Shown here: one piece after another, positions 7,416 to 15,842 of the stretch
Position numbering within the stretch: position 1 is the first letter of the stretch
Layout of the letters: the number at the start of each line of letters is the position of its first letter
Assembly (NCBI GenBank): GCA_903868285.1
Contig: CAIPUP010000256.1
Span: 1-37,588, forward strand
Length of the DNA: 37,588 nt
Direction of reading: 5' to 3'
Origin: an uncultured beta proteobacterium
GTDB taxonomy: Bacteria > Pseudomonadota > Gammaproteobacteria > Burkholderiales > SG8-39
Notes under the pieces: generated by a model
Told to the model about the DNA's origin: nothing
Seen by the model: the letters and a program-made list of their open reading frames with translations, nothing else
Databases searched by the model: none
Program-made: the position numbers and the translations under genes

Positions 7416-9250
7416 GCGGGTTTCCTTTCCTGTGCAATCAGGGCAGCGATCATTTCTGCTGCCTCCGGTGCCGAGGTTTCAGTGGTGTTAATGCGGAGTT
7501 CAGGCTGCAGCGGTGCTTCATACGGACTGTCGATACCGGTGAAATTCTTGATCACACCCGAGCGCACCTTGGCATACAGACCTTTCGGATCGCGTTGTTC
7601 GCACACTGCAATTGGCGTGTCGACGAACACTTCCAGGAAATCGCCAGCGGGCAACAGGCCACGCGCAAGGTCGCGGTCGGCGCGATAGGGCGAGATCAGT
7701 GAGACCAGAACGATCAGTCCGGCATCGGTCATGAGTCGTGCGATCTCGGCCACGCGGCGGATGTTCTCGACCCGGTCGGCTTCGGTGAAGCCAAGGTCGC
7801 GGTTGATGCCATGTCGCAGGTTGTCGCCGTCGAGCACATAGGTGTGGCGGCCGGCCGCATGCAAACGTTTTTCCAGCAGATTGGCAATGGTCGATTTGCC
7901 CGAGCCCGACAGGCCGGTGAACCAGACGCAGCGTGCCTGTTGTTGTTTTTGCTGCTGGCGAGCCTCGCGATCGACATCCAGGCTGTGCCAGTGAATATTG
8001 CTGGAGCGGCGCAGGGCGAAGTGAATCATGCCGGCGGCCACGGTTTCCTTGCTCAGCCGGTCCACCAGGATCAATCCGCCGAGGGTGCGGTTGCGCGCAT
8101 AAGATTCGAAGGGCAGGGCGCGGTTGACGCTCAGGTTGACCACGGCGATGGTGTTGCGTGATACCGAGCGCGCCGACAGATGCGCACCGGAGTTGATGTC
8201 GAGCTCGTACTTGATCGAGGTGATGGTGGCGTTGGCGCGCTGATGATGTAGCTTCAGCTCATAGCTGCGTCCCGCAACCAGTGGCTTTTCCGACAGCCAC
8301 AGCAGGCGCACTTCAAACTGATCAGCGCACTCCACCGGCGTATCGATGCTGGTGATGACATCGCCACGGCTGATGTCGACCTCTTCGGCCAGGGTCAGCG
8401 TGACCGATTGACCGCATTCGGCATGGGGCAGATCACCGTCCATGCTGACAATGCGCTGCACATGCGCGGTGGCACCCGAAGGCAGCACTCGCACGGCATC
8501 GCCCGGAGCAATGCTGCCGGCCGCGATGCGTCCGCAATAGCCGCGAAAATCCAGGTTCGGCCGATTGACCCATTGCACCGGCATGCGGAAATCGGCGCTT
8601 TGTTCATTGTCGATGTGCACCGCTTCCAGGCAACCGAGCAGGCTTGGCCCTTGATACCAGGGCGCGGCGCTGCTACTGCTGATGAGGTTGTCGCCGTTGA
8701 GTGCCGACAGCGGAATGAAGCTGATGCTGGTGAAATCCAGATCATGGGCGAAGGCACGATAGTCGCGCTCGATATCGGCAAAGCGCTGCTCGCTCCAGTC
8801 CACCAGATCCATCTTGTTGATGGCAATCACCACATGCCGGATACCCAGCATGTGCACGATGCGGCTGTGGCGGCGGGTCTGGGTCAGCACGCCCTTGCGG
8901 GCATCAATCAGGATCACTGCCAGTTCGGCGCCTGAGGCACCAGTGGCCATATTGCAGGTGTACTGCTCATGGCCGGGCGTATCGGCAACGATGAACTTGC
9001 GCCTGGCGGTACGGAAAAAACGATAGGACACATCGATAGTGATGCCCTGTTCGCGTTCCGCTTGCAAGCCGTCCAGCAGCAGGGCGTAGTCCAGCCCCTC
9101 GCCTTGGGTGCCATGGGCGCGTGAATCCTTGTGCAGGGTGGCGATATGGTCCTCCGGCAGCGAGCCGGTATCCCACAGCAGACGACCGATCAGGGTCGAC
9201 TTGCCGTCATCCACGCTGCCGCAGGTAATGAAGCGCAGCAAATCATTCAT
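7412..9250 (-). CDS. cysNC: bifunctional sulfate adenylyltransferase subunit 1 / adenylylsulfate kinase
   Basis: N-terminal GTPase motifs GSVDDGKSTLIGRLL, DTPGHEQY and NKMD. The C-terminal APS-kinase domain has the P-loop FTGLSGSGKSTIA. Confidence 0.93.
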   Translation of the reverse strand: MNDLLRFITCGSVDDGKSTLIGRLLWDTGSLPEDHIATLHKDSRAHGTQGEGLDYALLLDGLQAEREQGITIDVSYRFFRTARRKFIVADTPGHEQYTCNMATGASGAELAVILIDARKGVLTQTRRHSRIVHMLGIRHVVIAINKMDLVDWSEQRFADIERDYRAFAHDLDFTSISFIPLSALNGDNLISSSSAAPWYQGPSLLGCLEAVHIDNEQSADFRMPVQWVNRPNLDFRGYCGRIAAGSIAPGDAVRVLPSGATAHVQRIVSMDGDLPHAECGQSVTLTLAEEVDISRGDVITSIDTPVECADQFEVRLLWLSEKPLVAGRSYELKLHHQRANATITSIKYELDINSGAHLSARSVSRNTIAVVNLSVNRALPFESYARNRTLGGLILVDRLSKETVAAGMIHFALRRSSNIHWHSLDVDREARQQQKQQQARCVWFTGLSGSGKSTIANLLEKRLHAAGRHTYVLDGDNLRHGINRDLGFTEADRVENIRRVAEIARLMTDAGLIVLVSLISPYRADRDLARGLLPAGDFLEVFVDTPIAVCEQRDPKGLYAKVRSGVIKNFTGIDSPYEAPLQPELRINTTETSAPEAAEMIAALIAQERKPA

Positions 9251-9307
9251 GCGCTTGTCCCTGCAAGCGATGGTACGGAGGGTGTTGCGTAGTACCGGCG
9301 TGACACA

Positions 9308-10207
9308 TCAGAAATACCCCTCCTGCTTTTTGCGTTCCATCGAGCCCGCGCCATCGTGATCAATGGCGCGGCCCTGGCGCTCGGACTGGCGCGAGCTGAG
9401 TGTTTCGTTGACGATTTCTTCCAGCGTCGTGGCCGTGCTGTCGATGGCACCCGAGAGCGGATAGCAGCCCAGGGTGCGAAAGCGGATCAGCCTCTGCTGC
9501 GGCACTTCGCCCGGGTTGAGACGCATGCGGTCGTCGTCGACCATGATCCAGGCGCCATTGCGTTGCACCACCGGACGCTCCTTGGCGAAATACAAAGGCA
9601 CGATGTCGAGTTGTTCCTGGGCGATGTATTGCCAGACATCGGCCTCGGTCCAGTTCGAGAGCGGAAACACCCGCATCGAATCACCCTCCTGCAGTTGCAG
9701 GTTGGGTAGCGACCATAGCTCCGGGCGCTGCGCTTTCGGGTCCCAGCGATGGCCAGCGGCACGCATGGAGTAAATGCGTTCCTTGGCGCGCGACTTTTCT
9801 TCATCGCGGCGCGCACCACCAAAGGCGGCGGTGAAGCCGTGTTGATCCAGTGCCTGTTTCAGGGCCTGGGTTTTCATGACATCGGTGTAATACGAGGAAC
9901 CATGATCGAAGGGGTTGATGCCCTCGGCCTGACCTTGCGGGTTGGTGTAGACGATCAGATCGAGCTCGGCTTCGCGCGCCACACGGTCGCGAAAGGCGAT
10001 CATTTCCCGAAACTTCCAGGTGGTATCGATATGCATCACCGAAAACGGCAGTCGCGCCGGATAGAAAGCCTTGCGCGCCAGATGCAGCAGTACCGTGCTG
10101 TCCTTGCCGATGGAATACAGCATCACCGGACGGGCACATTCGGCCACTGTTTCGCGAAAGATCTGGATGCTCTCGGCTTCCAGCTTTTGCAGCTGACTAA
10201 GACTCAT
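9308..10207 (-). CDS. cysD: sulfate adenylyltransferase subunit 2
   Basis: [15 protein letters not shown]-terminus and [14 protein letters not shown] (SxGKDS PP-loop), with full-length CysD-like sequence. I chose the ATG at 10207; the track uses the GTG at 10216. Confidence 0.93.
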   Translation of the reverse strand: MSLSQLQKLEAESIQIFRETVAECARPVMLYSIGKDSTVLLHLARKAFYPARLPFSVMHIDTTWKFREMIAFRDRVAREAELDLIVYTNPQGQAEGINPFDHGSSYYTDVMKTQALKQALDQHGFTAAFGGARRDEEKSRAKERIYSMRAAGHRWDPKAQRPELWSLPNLQLQEGDSMRVFPLSNWTEADVWQYIAQEQLDIVPLYFAKERPVVQRNGAWIMVDDDRMRLNPGEVPQQRLIRFRTLGCYPLSGAIDSTATTLEEIVNETLSSRQSERQGRAIDHDGAGSMERKKQEGYF

Positions 10208-10254
10208 GGCAGGCACTCATGCGGCATTGCGTTGTGTGTGTTGGTTGATGACGT

Positions 10255-11073
10255 TCAAGCGCTGATGCCCAGCCACTGCGAGAACAGTGCAATGCGTGCC
10301 TCGTCGTCGGGTTTGGACTGCTTTTTGAGCGAGGTCTGCATGGCACTTACCGCTGCGCAACCGTTCTGCGCCAGGATGTGGTTGAAGATCTCCAGCTGCT
10401 GCGGGCCGATGAAGTCTTCATAAACAATGGTGTCGTGGCAGTAGCGATCGGTATTGGCGGTCATGTAGCTGTCGTACTCGGCCAGCACCTGCAGATAGCG
10501 GCAGATCTGCGTGAATTGCACTTCCACCTTGGCAATCGGCTTGTCGCCGGATTGCCAGGCTTTGGTCAGATCGGCCTTGGCAAACGAAAACGCCTGGCTG
10601 ACCTTGTTGCGGCGGGTGATCTTGTAGACCTGGTCAAAGCCCAGATCAAAAAATTCCACGCCCTGTTTTTTCAGCTTGGCATGCTGATAGGCGTGGATTT
10701 TGACCGAGAACACGCCATTGGCCGAAGTGGTTTTGCGAAACAGAAAGTCCAGGTACTCATCCAGATTGATATCGCGCTCATCGATCTTGTTGAGCTTGGC
10801 CCAGCTGTTGATGTACTTGAGTGAAAAGTATTCATCCGGGATGCCGAACTGCCCGGTGTTGTCCAGCGCATCGCAAAGAAAGGACGAACCCGAACGCTCG
10901 GTGGAGAGGAAGGCTATCTTGCGCGTGGGCATGCCGACCTGGTCGGGGCGCTCTGACAGGCGCTGATACAGACGTTCGCGCCGTTCGGCAAAGGTCACCA
11001 GTTCGGCCTGCTCGGCGGATTGCTGCTGCGTGGGGAGGGTTTCCATCTTCATCGGTGCCGCCTTTGCTGACAT
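10255..11073 (-). CDS. Stf0-family (PAPS-dependent) sulfotransferase, acceptor unknown
   Basis: A 5'-phosphosulfate-binding loop-like FLSTERSGSSFL, followed by DEYF. A 3'-phosphate-binding region TRRNKVSQAFSFAKADLTKAW resembles the Stf0 R-x-D-x-V-x-QA-x-SF-x-x-A-x-x-T-x-x-W pattern. The start is uncertain: ATG at 11073 or 11052, or the track TTG at 11088. Confidence 0.72.
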   Translation of the reverse strand: MSAKAAPMKMETLPTQQQSAEQAELVTFAERRERLYQRLSERPDQVGMPTRKIAFLSTERSGSSFLCDALDNTGQFGIPDEYFSLKYINSWAKLNKIDERDINLDEYLDFLFRKTTSANGVFSVKIHAYQHAKLKKQGVEFFDLGFDQVYKITRRNKVSQAFSFAKADLTKAWQSGDKPIAKVEVQFTQICRYLQVLAEYDSYMTANTDRYCHDTIVYEDFIGPQQLEIFNHILAQNGCAAVSAMQTSLKKQSKPDDEARIALFSQWLGISA

Positions 11074-11087
11074 GTTCGAATGTTGCA

Positions 11088-11120
11088 AACTTCGGTTGTG
11101 AACTTCGGTTGCGAACTTAG
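11088..11120. repeat. tandem direct repeat of a 13-bp unit: AACTTCGGTTGTG, AACTTCGGTTGCG, then a partial AACTTAG
   Basis: Read directly. It lies immediately upstream of (or touching) the sulfotransferase start region. Confidence 0.6.
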
Positions 11121-11263
11121 TTTATTGCGTTCGACCTGTTCTCAGCAATTGCTATGCCAAGGAATTTGGGCGGCTTTTCTGCCTTTGAGCGGCAACAACT
11201 TGCACGGCAGGCGTTGTTTGCGCGGTTTGTCTTGCCGCGGCTGTTCAACGGGTGCTGGTCGGG

Positions 11264-11279
11264 CGGCAAAGCTTTGCCG
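11264..11279. promoter_or_regulatory. perfect 16-bp palindrome CGGCAAAGCTTTGCCG; candidate dimeric-regulator operator
   Basis: Read directly. It sits in the divergent intergenic region, 66 nt upstream of the Aas-like ATG (11345). Confidence 0.35.
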
Positions 11280-11335
11280 CTGGCATGCGGTAATCTGCGC
11301 CGCGCAAGTTCGCGAGCCAGGCCAGTGCAACGCAA

Positions 11336-11343
11336 GGGGGGGG
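11336..11343 (+). repeat. G8 homopolymer forming the SD-like AAGGGGGGGG immediately 5' of the Aas-like start codon
   Basis: Read directly: ...gcaa gggggggg c atg. Confidence 0.6.
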
Positions 11344-11344
11344 C

Positions 11345-12976
11345 ATGCAAGGTTTATGGAAGCGTCTGAGAATGAGATCGCCTCGCCCGGTCGCTTCGCC
11401 GCCCCGGCCGGGCGGGCCCACTCGTTCGGCTACCTTGTATTCCGCGCTGTGCGATGCGATGGCGCGGCAAGGGCGTGGCTACCGAGTACTCGAAGATATG
11501 CGTCGGGTGGAGTATCGCTATCAGGACCTGCTAAAGATGGTGCTGATGCTGACCCGACTGGTGGAGCGTGCCGCACCACTGTCGGAAGCAGGTTCCTCAA
11601 TCGGCCTGCTGTTGCCAAATGTGGCACCGACTGTGGCGCTGATTTTTGGGCTGTCTGCCCGTGGGCGTACCCCTGCCATGCTCAATTACACCGCTGGTGC
11701 GGATGCGTTGATTGCCGCCTGCCGCATGGCCCAACTGCAGACTGTGATCAGTTCGCGGACGTTTGAAGAACAGGCGCAACTGGGTGAGCGCATCAAGGCC
11801 TTGCGCGAGGCTGGCTCGGTACGCGTGCTCTACCTGGAAGATCTTCGCGCGGCGATTGGTGTTGTCGACAAGCTGTGGTTGATGGCCTGGGCCCTGTGGC
11901 GTCCGCGCCAGTTCGAGCTGGCCGATGCCGCCGATAGTGAACGGCCCGCAGTGTTGCTGTTTACCTCCGGTTCGGAGGACAAACCCAAGGGTGTGGTGTT
12001 GCCGCATCGCGCGCTGCTGGCCAATCTGGCGCAGATTCATGCCGTGATTGAACTTGGTGCGCAGGACAAGATACTGAGTGCGCTACCAGTGTTCCATTGC
12101 TTTGGATTGACCGCGGGGGCGTTGTTGCCACTCTTGGGTGGCACGCGATTGTTTCTCTACACGTCGCCCTTGCACTACCGGGTTATCCCCGAGCTGGCTT
12201 ACGAACGTGCTTGCACGGTGCTGTTTGGTACCAGTACTTTTCTTGGACACTATGCACGCCATGCCCAGCCGCACGAGTTTTGCCATTTACGCTATGTCAT
12301 TGCTGGCGCAGAACGATTGAATGAAGGTGTGCGGCAACTTTGGCAGGAAAAATTCGGTTTGCAAATTTTCGAAGGCTATGGCGCGACCGAGACCGCGCCG
12401 GTGTTGAGTGTGAACACGCCAGCGGCGCATCGCACGGGCTCAGTGGGCCGCTTTCTGCCCTTAATTGAATGGCGTCTCAGTGCGATTGAAGGGATTTCGC
12501 GCGGTGGCCGATTGCATGTACGTGGCCCCAATGTCATGAGCGGTTACCTCCGACACGACCGTCCGGGTGATGTGCATCCGGTGTCTTCGAGTGAAGGCGA
12601 TGGCTGGTACGACACCGGGGATATCGCCGAAGTGGATGCCGATGGCTTTGTTTTTCTGCTCGGCCGCGTGAAGCGCTTCGCCAAGGTGGCGGGTGAGATG
12701 GTGAGCCTGGAAATGGTGGAGCTGTTGGCGCAAGCCTGTTCCCCTGCAGCCAGTCATGCTGCCTCGATGCGGGCGGATGCTGCCCGAGGTGAGTTGTTGG
12801 TGTTGTTCTCCACCGATGCCAGCCTGAGCAGGGAGGCGTTGCAACGCAAGGCGCGGGAGCTTGGCTACGCCGAGCTGGTGGTGCCCCGCAAGTTGGTGGT
12901 GCTCGAGAGCTTGCCGCTACTGGGCAGCGGCAAGCTTGACTATGTGACGCTGCGGGGGATGGCGGAGGAAGTGTGA
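11345..12976 (+). CDS. AMP-binding enzyme most similar to the acyl-ACP synthetase domain of Aas (stand-alone, no acyltransferase domain)
   Basis: LLFTSGSEDKPKGVVLPHRALLAN, PVFHCFGLT, SPLHYRVIPELAYERACTVLFGTSTFLGHYAR and RYVIAGAERL closely track my memory of the E. coli Aas C-terminal domain. The AMP-binding superfamily assignment is certain; the Aas-type assignment is less so. Confidence 0.8.
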   Translation: MQGLWKRLRMRSPRPVASPPRPGGPTRSATLYSALCDAMARQGRGYRVLEDMRRVEYRYQDLLKMVLMLTRLVERAAPLSEAGSSIGLLLPNVAPTVALIFGLSARGRTPAMLNYTAGADALIAACRMAQLQTVISSRTFEEQAQLGERIKALREAGSVRVLYLEDLRAAIGVVDKLWLMAWALWRPRQFELADAADSERPAVLLFTSGSEDKPKGVVLPHRALLANLAQIHAVIELGAQDKILSALPVFHCFGLTAGALLPLLGGTRLFLYTSPLHYRVIPELAYERACTVLFGTSTFLGHYARHAQPHEFCHLRYVIAGAERLNEGVRQLWQEKFGLQIFEGYGATETAPVLSVNTPAAHRTGSVGRFLPLIEWRLSAIEGISRGGRLHVRGPNVMSGYLRHDRPGDVHPVSSSEGDGWYDTGDIAEVDADGFVFLLGRVKRFAKVAGEMVSLEMVELLAQACSPAASHAASMRADAARGELLVLFSTDASLSREALQRKARELGYAELVVPRKLVVLESLPLLGSGKLDYVTLRGMAEEV

Positions 12977-12984
12977 ATCTGTCT

Positions 12985-13014
12985 GGAAAAAATTCAAATA
13001 AATCAACAGGTTAT
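12985..13014 (+). promoter_or_regulatory. AT-rich repeat element copy C in opposite orientation (GGAAAAAATTCAAATAAATCAACAGGTTAT); the core AATCAACAGGTTA fits WATCAANNNNTTR
   Basis: Located in the spacer between the Aas-like gene stop and the acyl-CoA ligase gene. Confidence 0.35.
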
Positions 13015-13122
13015 GCTTCTTCTTGGCTGGTGCCTCGGGCCGCGGGTTATGACCGGGCCACAATGGGTGCGCACACTTCCACGGCATAATCCCGCTTCCG
13101 TCTCATCGCAGGTGCAGCCGTT

Positions 13123-14703
13123 ATGCGTATGGAAGCCATTCTTGCCGGTCATGCTCGTCGCCGGCCCCGTCATGAAGCCATGGTGCATGGCGATCGCCGC
13201 ATGTCCTATGGCGATTTGCAGGCCTCGGTGCGGTATTGCGCTGCGCATCTGTATGCCTTGGGGGTGAAACCGGGCGACCGGGTGTTGCTGTATCTGCCCA
13301 ATGGCTTCGAGTTCATCCAGGTGCTGTATGCCGCCTTCAGTCTGGGGGCGGCGGTGGTGCCGGTGAATACCCGGCTCACCGGACGCGAAGTGGCGCATAT
13401 CTGCGCCGATTCGCAGCCGTCGGTGGTGGCCTATGGCGCCGAAGCGCGTGCGGTGATCGAGCAGGCCGCGGCCGGCAGTGATTGCATCCGTCTGGTGCTG
13501 GGTGAGCCGCAGGCGGGTGCACAGGTCCGTGAGCTTGCGCTGGCACCGATGCTCGCGGCCGGCCCGCAGGATGCCGCCACGCGCGCGGCGCTTGGCGATC
13601 ATCCCTATCGCCTGCCGGATATTCCGCATGAGCGCGACGAGTGCGTGATCCTCTACACCTCGGGCACCACCGGCAAGGCCAAGGGTGCGGTCAATACGCA
13701 TTCCAATATGTTGATGCAAAGCGTCTATATGCATGGCATCGAGTGGGGCATGCATCGTGACGACCGTTTCATGGTCACCACGCCGATCGCGCATCGTGCT
13801 GGTTTTGCCCGCCTGCTCAACGCCATGGGGCTGGGCGGAACGCTGGTGATCATGGATCGCTTCGACGCCACCATGGCGGTAGATGTGATCGAGCGTGAAC
13901 GCATTTCCGTCACCGGTCTGCCGCCAACGGTGATCCGCATGATGCTGCCGCAGATCCGTGACAACCCGGCCCGTCTTGCCACGCTGCGGGTGGTGGCGGT
14001 GTCGACCGAATCGTTTCCGGTGCCGCTGAAAAAAGAAGTCATGGCGCTGCTGCCGCAGGTGCGCTTTCATTCCTTTCTTGGTTCGTCCGAAGCGATTGTG
14101 TCGGAGCTCACGCCCGAGGAGCAGATCACCCATCCGTCATCGGTGGGGCATCCGCTGCCGGGAGTGGAGGTGCGTATCGAGGACGAGCAGGGCAACGAGG
14201 TTGCCGATGGCGAAGCCGGCGAGTTGTGCGTGCGTGCCGGTCCGCCCGGTGCCGATGCGGTGATGAAGTGCTATTTCAATAACCCGCAAGCCACCGCAGC
14301 CGCCTTTGCCGGCGGCTGGTACCACACCGGCGATATGGCGCGGCGCGATGCCGACGGCTATCTGTATGTGGTGGATCGCAAGAAGGACATGGTGTTGTCG
14401 GGCGGCTTCAACATCTATTCCAAGGAAGTCGAGGACGTGTTGCGCACCCATCCGGCCGTGGCCGATGCGGCGGTGATCGGTGTGCCCGATGCCATGTACG
14501 GCGAAGCGGTGGCGGCTTTTGTCGAACTGCGTGCCGACATGACGCTGGATGCACAGACGCTGATCGAGTTCACCCGGACCGATCTGGCCGGCTACAAGAA
14601 GCCCAAGCATGTCTGGTTCATGCCCTTACCGCGTAATTCCATCGGCAAGGTGACCAAGAACGATCTGCGTGACGAAGCCAAAAAGCGCATGGAGGCCGCG
14701 TGA
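13123..14703 (+). CDS. acyl-CoA synthetase / AMP-dependent ligase (class I adenylate-forming)
   Basis: ILYTSGTTGKAKGA AMP motif, YHTGDMARRDADGYLYVVDRKKD, and the C-terminal GKVTKNDLR lysine motif. Confidence 0.88.
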   Translation: MRMEAILAGHARRRPRHEAMVHGDRRMSYGDLQASVRYCAAHLYALGVKPGDRVLLYLPNGFEFIQVLYAAFSLGAAVVPVNTRLTGREVAHICADSQPSVVAYGAEARAVIEQAAAGSDCIRLVLGEPQAGAQVRELALAPMLAAGPQDAATRAALGDHPYRLPDIPHERDECVILYTSGTTGKAKGAVNTHSNMLMQSVYMHGIEWGMHRDDRFMVTTPIAHRAGFARLLNAMGLGGTLVIMDRFDATMAVDVIERERISVTGLPPTVIRMMLPQIRDNPARLATLRVVAVSTESFPVPLKKEVMALLPQVRFHSFLGSSEAIVSELTPEEQITHPSSVGHPLPGVEVRIEDEQGNEVADGEAGELCVRAGPPGADAVMKCYFNNPQATAAAFAGGWYHTGDMARRDADGYLYVVDRKKDMVLSGGFNIYSKEVEDVLRTHPAVADAAVIGVPDAMYGEAVAAFVELRADMTLDAQTLIEFTRTDLAGYKKPKHVWFMPLPRNSIGKVTKNDLRDEAKKRMEAA

Positions 14704-15842
14704 AGTTTTCCTATTTTCATCTGATGCCCTATACCGACCTGGCGATGGAGGATTACACCGGCGCCAACGCACCAGGCTGGCCCTTTACCAATCGCGATCA
14801 GGACCCGCACAAGGTGCAGCAGATGTATCGCACCTATGTTGATGACATGGTGCATGCCGAGAGTTGCGGCTTTGACTGGGTCGGTTGCAACGAACATCAC
14901 TACACGCCCTACGGCATGATGGCCAATCCCAACATCATTGGCGGTGCCTTGGCCTATCGCACCTCGCGTGCGCGTATCGCGATGATCGGCAACATCATTC
15001 CGATCAACAATCCAGTGCGGGTGGCGGAGGAATACGCCATGCTCGATTGCATGAGCGGTGGCCGCCTGATGGCCGGTTTCATGCGCGGCATTCCGCATGA
15101 GTACATTGCCTACAACCTGCCGCCGTCGGAGTCGTGGGAACGCCAGCGCGAGGCGATTGCGCTGATCAAGAAATGCTGGACCGAACCCGAGCCGTTTGGC
15201 TGGGAAGGCAAACACTTCCAGTTCAAGCAGATCGCCATCTGGCCCAAGCCGTTTCAGAAGCCGCATCCGCCGTTTCTGGTCTCGGCCAGCAACCCGGATT
15301 CGGCCCGCTTTGCCGGCGAGGTGGGCGCAACCATGGGCATGGTGCTGATCTCCGACCTGGACAGCACGCGCGAGTGCATTGAAATCTATCGTGAATCGGC
15401 GCGCCAGCATGGCTGGGAACCCAAGCCCGAGAACGTGCTGATCGGCATGCATTGCCTGATCGCCGACAGCGATGAAGAGGCGCGGCGCTGGATGGCCAGC
15501 GGACGCGAGTATTTCAACAAGCTGCTGATGAGCCCGCAGCGCGAGGCCATGGGCATGGTGATCCGCGAGACGCGCTATTTTCAGGACGACGCCAGTCGCG
15601 ACCGCTGGCGCAATCGATTGGCCAGTCGTGGCGAGGCCACGCTGGAGCAGGCGATTGATCGCGGCACGATCATCTGTGGCAGTCCCGAAACAGTGGTGGC
15701 GCAAATCAAGCGGGTGCATGCCGCACTGGGTCATGGCGTGTTCAATTTCACGGTCAAGGTCGGCAATGTGCCGGATGCGGTGATTCGTCATGGCATGGAG
15801 CTGTTCCGGGACCGGGTATTGCCGCATGTGAGGGACCTGTAA
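14700..15842 (+). CDS. LLM-class flavin-dependent oxidoreductase/monooxygenase
   Basis: The GTG start overlaps the upstream stop (GTGA), with GGAGG RBS at 14691-14695. The N-terminus (M)KFSYFHLMPY and the length of 380 aa are typical of the luciferase-like family. Confidence 0.88.
   Translation: MKFSYFHLMPYTDLAMEDYTGANAPGWPFTNRDQDPHKVQQMYRTYVDDMVHAESCGFDWVGCNEHHYTPYGMMANPNIIGGALAYRTSRARIAMIGNIIPINNPVRVAEEYAMLDCMSGGRLMAGFMRGIPHEYIAYNLPPSESWERQREAIALIKKCWTEPEPFGWEGKHFQFKQIAIWPKPFQKPHPPFLVSASNPDSARFAGEVGATMGMVLISDLDSTRECIEIYRESARQHGWEPKPENVLIGMHCLIADSDEEARRWMASGREYFNKLLMSPQREAMGMVIRETRYFQDDASRDRWRNRLASRGEATLEQAIDRGTIICGSPETVVAQIKRVHAALGHGVFNFTVKVGNVPDAVIRHGMELFRDRVLPHVRDL

Noticed and set aside
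259-11120. Other antisense or overlapping track ORFs, for example 259-918 (+), 1031-1591 (-), 1689-2429 (+), 2652-3575 (+), 4451-5350 (-), 6879-7688 (+), 8408-8935 (+), 9749-10423 (+) and 10378-10824 (+)
   Set aside because: Each overlaps a motif-supported gene on the opposite strand or in another frame, and shows biased R/G/A/H composition without motifs.
13003-15827. Long minus-strand ORFs 13003-14133 (376 aa) and 14592-15827 (411 aa)
   Set aside because: They lie antisense to well-supported ligase and LLM genes. Their translations are Arg/His/Gly/Ala-rich with no recognisable motifs, which is typical of shadow ORFs in GC-rich DNA.
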